Shown here one piece after another: positions 26,813 through 32,000 of a stretch of DNA of 32,000 nt; within the stretch, counting starts at the first letter, position 1; the number at the start of each line of letters is the position of its first letter. Origin of the DNA: Candidatus Hermodarchaeota archaeon (GTDB taxonomy: Archaea; Asgardarchaeota; Heimdallarchaeia; Hodarchaeales; Hodarchaeaceae); contig JBHLKY010000007.1 in the NCBI GenBank assembly GCA_048886185.1, positions 120,001 to 152,000 of the forward strand, given 5' to 3'. The position numbers and the translations under genes are program-made. The notes beneath the pieces were generated by a model. That model did not search any database and was not told the DNA's origin. It saw nothing but the letters and a program-made list of their open reading frames with translations.

Positions 26813-28498
26813 ATGGCGGATATTAAAGCTATAGCCTCCTTCATACCTCAAAATAGGCTCTCTATTGAAGAGTTGGTCGATAGCTATCACAGTTTATCTA
26901 CCCTGAATTATAAGGTTGCCTTACGAAAGCTCAAACAAACAGTTAATCGCTTTCGTGGGAAGACTTTGCGTAGTGTTCGTTGGGTATATAATCAACGGTT
27001 AATGCTTCGAGAAAAGGTTGTTCCAGGTCCTAATGAGGATGCACTAACTGCTGGCACTCAATCGTTAATATATGCTATACGTCGTGCAGATATTTCTCCG
27101 GATGAAATTGACGCGTTATTTGTTGTTTCAGAATCTTATCCCTATGCTGTAAAATCAAGTACCGCTATTGCGGGAAAAGCTGGTTTAACTGATCTAAAGT
27201 ATGGTGTTCGTGGAGAATTTGCCTGCAAACCCTTCGGGGAGTTTCTCGATATTGCAGCTGCACTTATTGATTCTGGGAGGTGTAGGTATGTTGCTGTTAC
27301 TGCAACAGACGCTAGTCAAGGTGCTCCAGGGGATGATCTAGAATTTTCAGCATCTTTCTATTCTACTAGTATTATTCTTGGGAAAGAAAAGGGTATTGCT
27401 GAGATCAAAGGACGGACATCCATTAATTATGATTTTTCAGATTTTATAAGGAAAGAGGGAGAAGAATTTCCTGAGCATGAGGGTCAGGGTACCTCACTAG
27501 CGTTCCGAGGAATGATCCTTTCTACATTAAAGAAACATCTAGAACGCTTTCCAGAAATGGATACTAGTTGTCTTTCAAGAAAGACTTGGGTAATTCATTC
27601 TCCCAATGGTAGTTTTCCTAATGAGGCATTATTAGATATTGGGAACCATTTTGGAGTTACTTTAGCTGAAAAAGTCTTTGATGATGATGGTACTTTGCTA
27701 GGGATTGAACCTAGGGTTAATGTCTCAAATTTAGCTCCTGATATTGCTAATGGTTATTCTGCAACTGTACCAACCGCATTATGCAATGCTATGGAAAATG
27801 CGAAAAAAGGTGAAGAGATTATGGCTGTTCTTTACGGTTCAGGAGCAGGATCGGACGTAATTAGCATTAAACTTAAAGCAAATGGATCACAAGTGGCTAA
27901 TAATGGAGTTCCCACAGTACAGGAGCAGATAGACTATAAACAAAAAATCACTGTTGACGACTATTTCCGCTTTCGTGATAGTCCAGATCAAGTAGCGAGA
28001 AATATAGCTTTGCTCGAAGTAGACCCAATATCCAAAGAATATTATCAGATGGAGGGGTGTCCTGAATGTGGTGCTGTGTACTTTGGTGATAGTTGGACCA
28101 AGGGGAACTTCCCTGATTTTTCTCCTCCTGAAAAATTTGACGAGTTAGAAGGTCGATGTTTACGTGGGATTCAGAAAAGAGCTGGCGATCCTAAAAAAAT
28201 ATGTGGAGCCAAATTAAAACAGGTGAAAATTCCTAAAAGGGCAAAAATTAGAAATGTACACTATTATGCTCCTTCAAAAAAGTCCCCTGGCCATCCTGAA
28301 AACCCTTATTGGGCAATGTTTGATCAAAAGTATGTTAGGGGTTTTAATTACAATCCAAAAGTCTGTAGTTTTGCTGAAGGAGAGGAAGTAAAAGCAGTTA
28401 TTGGTCGTTGGCGTCCTGCACCGAAAGGATGGGTACCAATATTATATGTTCCTATGTATACTCATCTAAGGCGAGATTACCAACAATCATCAAATTAA
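26813..28498 (+). CDS. Archaeal-type HMG-CoA synthase-fold protein fused to a C-terminal DUF35 (Zn-ribbon + OB-fold) domain
   Basis: SESYPYAVK (Glu), EFACK (Cys), DASQGAPGDDLEF, HSPNG (His) and YGSGAGSD. The C-terminal part reads YYQMEGCPECGAVYF...RC...ICG...KIR...PY...GEEVKAVIGRW...ILY, matching the DUF35 pattern. Confidence 0.82.
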   Translation: MADIKAIASFIPQNRLSIEELVDSYHSLSTLNYKVALRKLKQTVNRFRGKTLRSVRWVYNQRLMLREKVVPGPNEDALTAGTQSLIYAIRRADISPDEIDALFVVSESYPYAVKSSTAIAGKAGLTDLKYGVRGEFACKPFGEFLDIAAALIDSGRCRYVAVTATDASQGAPGDDLEFSASFYSTSIILGKEKGIAEIKGRTSINYDFSDFIRKEGEEFPEHEGQGTSLAFRGMILSTLKKHLERFPEMDTSCLSRKTWVIHSPNGSFPNEALLDIGNHFGVTLAEKVFDDDGTLLGIEPRVNVSNLAPDIANGYSATVPTALCNAMENAKKGEEIMAVLYGSGAGSDVISIKLKANGSQVANNGVPTVQEQIDYKQKITVDDYFRFRDSPDQVARNIALLEVDPISKEYYQMEGCPECGAVYFGDSWTKGNFPDFSPPEKFDELEGRCLRGIQKRAGDPKKICGAKLKQVKIPKRAKIRNVHYYAPSKKSPGHPENPYWAMFDQKYVRGFNYNPKVCSFAEGEEVKAVIGRWRPAPKGWVPILYVPMYTHLRRDYQQSSN

Positions 28499-28540
28499 TC
28501 TATTCCATTGGTCAAGTAGATTAATGAGTTTCTGGTTTTA

Positions 28541-29398
28541 TTATTTTTGACATTTTGAGCAATAGAAGGTACTTCTGTTTTTCTGAGTCATCCGACTTAT
28601 ATGAGTTCCACAAACAATGCAGGGTTGTCCCTCCCGATTGTAGGCCATATGCCATGATTGAGCATCCCCAGTAGCGCCTGATGGTAGTTCATAAGGCTGA
28701 AAATTCATAGAGCTCCCCTTATCTTGCAACGCCTTCTGCAATATTTTGCTAATCGCTAGTCCTAGCTCCTCTCTTTCAGTATTTGAGAGCGTGTCTACTT
28801 TTCTTAAAGGATGAATCTTCGCGCAAAATAGAGATTCAGTTTTGTAGATATTACCAATTCCAGCTACAAGGCGTTGATTAAGTAATACCTCACCAATCGG
28901 TTTATCTTTAAAATTTATTTTACTAAGTCGAGTTAAAAACTCTTCTAATGGAAAAGGAGAGGCTAATCCATCAATTCCTAAAAATCGAATTGGATCGTAC
29001 TGCATAACTTTCTCATAAGAGGAAAATACTTTAAATTGGCCAAAATTACGGATATCATCGAAAATAGCACATGGGGGTGTTTCCATCTGTACAATTACTT
29101 TAATGTGGTTTGCGGTTGAGGGTAACTTATTAGTATCAGTATAAAGACACCACTTCCCTGACATGCCTAAGTGATTCAAGATGACTGCGTCAACCCTCTC
29201 AAAACACCAAACTAAAAATTTCCCAAAACGAACAATATCTTGAATTGTTTTCCCTTTAAATTGCTCAAAAAACGGCTGTTTATTATTATATTTAGCATAT
29301 TTTTGAGACAATGGAGTCAATTGAATCCTTTTGACTTTCTTTGAAATCAGTTGACATAATTCTCGTCTCACACTTTCTACTTCAGGACCTTCAGGCAT
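28541..29398 (-). CDS. mutM: Fpg/Nei family DNA glycosylase/AP lyase (MutM-like)
   Basis: N-terminal PEGPEV, GKFL, HLGMSG, DIRNFG, H2TH motif LLNQRLVAGIGNIY, and Zn finger CIVCG...RSTFYCSKCQ. Confidence 0.88.
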   Translation of the reverse strand: MPEGPEVESVRRELCQLISKKVKRIQLTPLSQKYAKYNNKQPFFEQFKGKTIQDIVRFGKFLVWCFERVDAVILNHLGMSGKWCLYTDTNKLPSTANHIKVIVQMETPPCAIFDDIRNFGQFKVFSSYEKVMQYDPIRFLGIDGLASPFPLEEFLTRLSKINFKDKPIGEVLLNQRLVAGIGNIYKTESLFCAKIHPLRKVDTLSNTEREELGLAISKILQKALQDKGSSMNFQPYELPSGATGDAQSWHMAYNREGQPCIVCGTHISRMTQKNRSTFYCSKCQK

Positions 29399-29605
29399 TT
29401 TTAATTACCATTTCTGATTTTAGAGATAACTCCCTAATTTCTTAACGATAAACAATGGTTTTAAGAAAAGCTTTACTCTTTTCGTTCTTTACCATTAAAA
29501 CTATTCTAGCAACCTGAATGAGCTGATAGTCGCACTTATAGTCATTGTACGCTATCTACAAACATATTACTATATAAACAGGCTTCTGTAGAGAAGATTT
29601 GAAGA

Positions 29606-30475
29606 ATGAATAAATTAAAATTTTCCACTTCAGTTATGGAAATTATTAGACGACGCTATTCTTGTAGAACTTATAGTTTAGAACCCCTTGATGAAACAAT
29701 CATTGATAATTTAAGAAAATTCCTCCAAGAAGACTATAGTAGCCCTCTAGAAGGTGAAATACGGTTTGAATTATTGGAGATGTCAGATTTAGATCCTAAA
29801 GTAAAGAAAAAACTTGGTACTTATGGGTTCATCCAAGGAGCTCAATATTTCCTTGTTGGAGCAGCTACAAAATCTAGGTATGATATGGAGAATTTTGGGT
29901 ATATTTTTGAAGAGTTAATATTAATTGCGACTGATTTGGGTTTAGACACTTGCTGGGTTGGCGGAACTCTTCGACGTAACAGATTTGCAGACCAGATCAA
30001 CATCATGGATAGTGAAATTATCCCAGCTATTACTCCTGTCGGATATGCAGCAAAACATCGTAGTAAAGTTGATAGATTGGCACGTTGGGCAGCTCGGTCA
30101 AAAAATCGCTACCCTTTTACAAATTTATTCTTCGAAGGAGACTGTAAGCATCCGCTTACTCAAGAGAAAGCAGTTCCATACGATATACCATTGGAGATGA
30201 TACGAATTGCTCCCTCGGCATCCAATCGACAACCTTGGCGAATTATAAAGGAAATTGATAGCCATCATTACCATTTCTTCATTCTTCGGAATAGAAGCTG
30301 GTACAGCCACTTTCTCTCATGGCCTGATTTTCCAAGGGTTGATCTAGGAATCGCTATATGTCACTTTAATTTAACTGTTCAAGAATTATGTCTTCAAGGA
30401 AGGTGGCAATTTATTCGACCTAAATTCACCATTCCAAATCATCTAGAATATTTCATCTCATGGATTAGTGAGTAA
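29606..30475 (+). CDS. Nitroreductase family protein (TM1586-like, duplicated fold)
   Basis: RRYSCRTY, LGTYG, GLDTCWVGG, APSASNRQPWR and DLGIAICHF. Confidence 0.88.
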   Translation: MNKLKFSTSVMEIIRRRYSCRTYSLEPLDETIIDNLRKFLQEDYSSPLEGEIRFELLEMSDLDPKVKKKLGTYGFIQGAQYFLVGAATKSRYDMENFGYIFEELILIATDLGLDTCWVGGTLRRNRFADQINIMDSEIIPAITPVGYAAKHRSKVDRLARWAARSKNRYPFTNLFFEGDCKHPLTQEKAVPYDIPLEMIRIAPSASNRQPWRIIKEIDSHHYHFFILRNRSWYSHFLSWPDFPRVDLGIAICHFNLTVQELCLQGRWQFIRPKFTIPNHLEYFISWISE

Positions 30476-30510
30476 AACTTTTTTAAAATAAAGAAATATT
30501 TACGAAAGCT

Positions 30511-32000
30511 ATGTTAACAACTCACTCATTTAAGAACTACATCAATCAATTTTATTCAGAATTAGCCCTAATCAGTATAACATTTCTATTTTTCTTCGAA
30601 TTAATATCGGATTTCGTAGAGGCAATTTATGCCCTCTGTCTTTTGACTCTATCCCTCAATGAGAACATTCTAAGCATTATTTTTCTCTTTTCTCCTATAC
30701 TTCTAGTATTCTTAAGGAAAAACTTTTCAGATAAAATTCTCATTATTGTTGGGGAATTAATGGTTGTTTCTCGAATTCTTGAACCATTATTAAGCAATTA
30801 CACACAAATTAGGATGATAGTTGCTGGTTTGGGCGTTGCTTGTTTTCTTATTTTTTTACCGTTATTTCTCTACCGAAAATATGGGTATGAAGAAGAGCAA
30901 AGTGCTATAACAATTGGATTAGGATTGAGTATTGGATTAGCATTATCAATTTTGTTTAGGACAATTGGTTCATCAATTGATATTTCCACTTATAGCTGGT
31001 TTCAATCGATTGGTTGGATACTGGCAATAGTCGCAGGTATCATGTTTCTTGGCTTGGTAACAAGAGAGCAAAAGGTCGCTAACTCATTAAGTCTAGGAGA
31101 CTCTATTAGTATTTGGAGAACAGTAGGGCTCACAATTGGCTTAATTGGAATTCTAATGATGATATATTATACTTTTGCTAGTCCTACTGTCGTTTCTAGG
31201 TGGACTGAAGGGAATTACTTTCTTATTGTCTTCTTAGCTATTATTATGCTTACTCTCTTTGTTGTTATTGTAATAATGAAGCGTGATTTATTGAAGAGAT
31301 TAGATCCTTGGATAATTTGGTTAGGGAATGCCCTTTTTGTTATATCATTAGTCTTAACAATCATGCTAAATCAAACAGATTTTTCAAGAAATGCTTATCC
31401 AATTGATGCCCTTCCGACAACAATACTAAATCATATACCACTAATCTTGATGATATTTCTTTTCCCAATAATCTTAGTTGATTTTATGTTAATCTCTCGT
31501 GAGGTAATAATTAACAAACCAACATTGGGGAAATTAGCTGTGGGTTTCGCTCTCGCATCGATGTTTTTCTTACTTATGATCTTTGCACATGTTTTTACGA
31601 CAGTTTATGACTACATTGATGTTGTTGGCCCTTTTTTTCGTGACATGTTTTGGTTTGTGTATTTAATCGGGGGATTGAGTGTTGCCTTACCAGTATTTTT
31701 TGTGAGAAGGGGAGCTTTCATTTTCGATCCATTCGTTCTCGAATTCCGATCCAAGATAGTTGCTATAGTTATTATGACCATTACAATAGGAACTATTTTT
31801 GCTGCGTTTCTAACCGCCCCCACGCCTCCTACTCTTGGAGAAACCCCCTCAATAACTGTTTTGACTTATAATATTCAACAAGGATATAGCGAAGATGGCA
31901 TTAAAAATATTGATGGTCAATTACACGTAATTAAAGCAATTAATCCTGATATTATTGGATTACAGGAATGTGATACAGCTAGGATTGCTAATGGAAACAT
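30511..32000 (+). CDS. Polytopic membrane protein with a C-terminal endonuclease/exonuclease/phosphatase (EEP) domain, Cwh43/PGAP2IP-like; 3'-truncated by window end
   Basis: Absent from the ORF track because it has no stop in the window. My manual translation is open from ATG 30511 (MLTTHSF...) to the end: a dozen or more hydrophobic segments, then VLTYNIQQG...NPDIIGLQECDTARIANGN. Confidence 0.85.
   Translation, partial: MLTTHSFKNYINQFYSELALISITFLFFFELISDFVEAIYALCLLTLSLNENILSIIFLFSPILLVFLRKNFSDKILIIVGELMVVSRILEPLLSNYTQIRMIVAGLGVACFLIFLPLFLYRKYGYEEEQSAITIGLGLSIGLALSILFRTIGSSIDISTYSWFQSIGWILAIVAGIMFLGLVTREQKVANSLSLGDSISIWRTVGLTIGLIGILMMIYYTFASPTVVSRWTEGNYFLIVFLAIIMLTLFVVIVIMKRDLLKRLDPWIIWLGNALFVISLVLTIMLNQTDFSRNAYPIDALPTTILNHIPLILMIFLFPIILVDFMLISREVIINKPTLGKLAVGFALASMFFLLMIFAHVFTTVYDYIDVVGPFFRDMFWFVYLIGGLSVALPVFFVRRGAFIFDPFVLEFRSKIVAIVIMTITIGTIFAAFLTAPTPPTLGETPSITVLTYNIQQGYSEDGIKNIDGQLHVIKAINPDIIGLQECDTARIANGN

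Noticed and set aside
2668-32000. Other short ORFs overlapping real genes: 2668..2895, 4066..4284, 5054..5281, 5527..5724, 9593..9811, 9827..10105, 12911..13189, 13713..13895, 16672..16854, 18779..18988, 19901..20155, 21807..21995, 22065..22268, 22769..23233, 23103..23339, 23496..23918, 24262..24495, 29958..30200, 30125..30310, 31611..31823, 31650..31871
   Set aside because: All are antisense or off-frame within motif-supported CDSs and show no recognisable protein features.
1-32000. CRISPR array, tRNA or rRNA genes
   Set aside because: By eye there are no regularly spaced repeats, T-loop/cloverleaf signatures or long GC-rich non-coding tracts. A tRNAscan-SE/Infernal run would be decisive.

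Overview
32 kb of AT-rich, gene-dense archaeal chromosome. Asgard archaeon (possibly Heimdallarchaeia/Hodarchaeales) is an inference from an archaeal-type GluRS, an archaeal-type HMG-CoA synthase domain, a TrmB regulator, GGTGA/GGAGG Shine-Dalgarno motifs and a Ras-superfamily small GTPase. About 27 intact or window-truncated CDSs. I saw no rRNA, tRNA, CRISPR array or transposase by eye. Main points: (1) a minus-strand cluster of corrinoid protein, homocysteine S-methyltransferase domain and non-pyrrolysine MttB, flanked by two oxidoreductases, which looks like a split methionine synthase fed by a methylated amine; (2) a divergent HMG-CoA-synthase-fold protein fused to a DUF35 Zn-ribbon/OB-fold domain with no adjacent thiolase, preceded by a candidate structured RNA or leader and divergent from a tandem Lrp/AsnC-RAM-like protein; (3) a small GTPase with about 50 extra residues around switch I; (4) a polytopic membrane protein plus EEP domain (Cwh43/PGAP2IP-like architecture) that the ORF track misses because it runs off the window end; (5) two orphan beta-class DNA methyltransferases next to AT-rich or decayed DNA, including an eroded ABC transporter; (6) bacterial-type RibA and Fpg/MutM. 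All family assignments come from motif recognition, not database searches.
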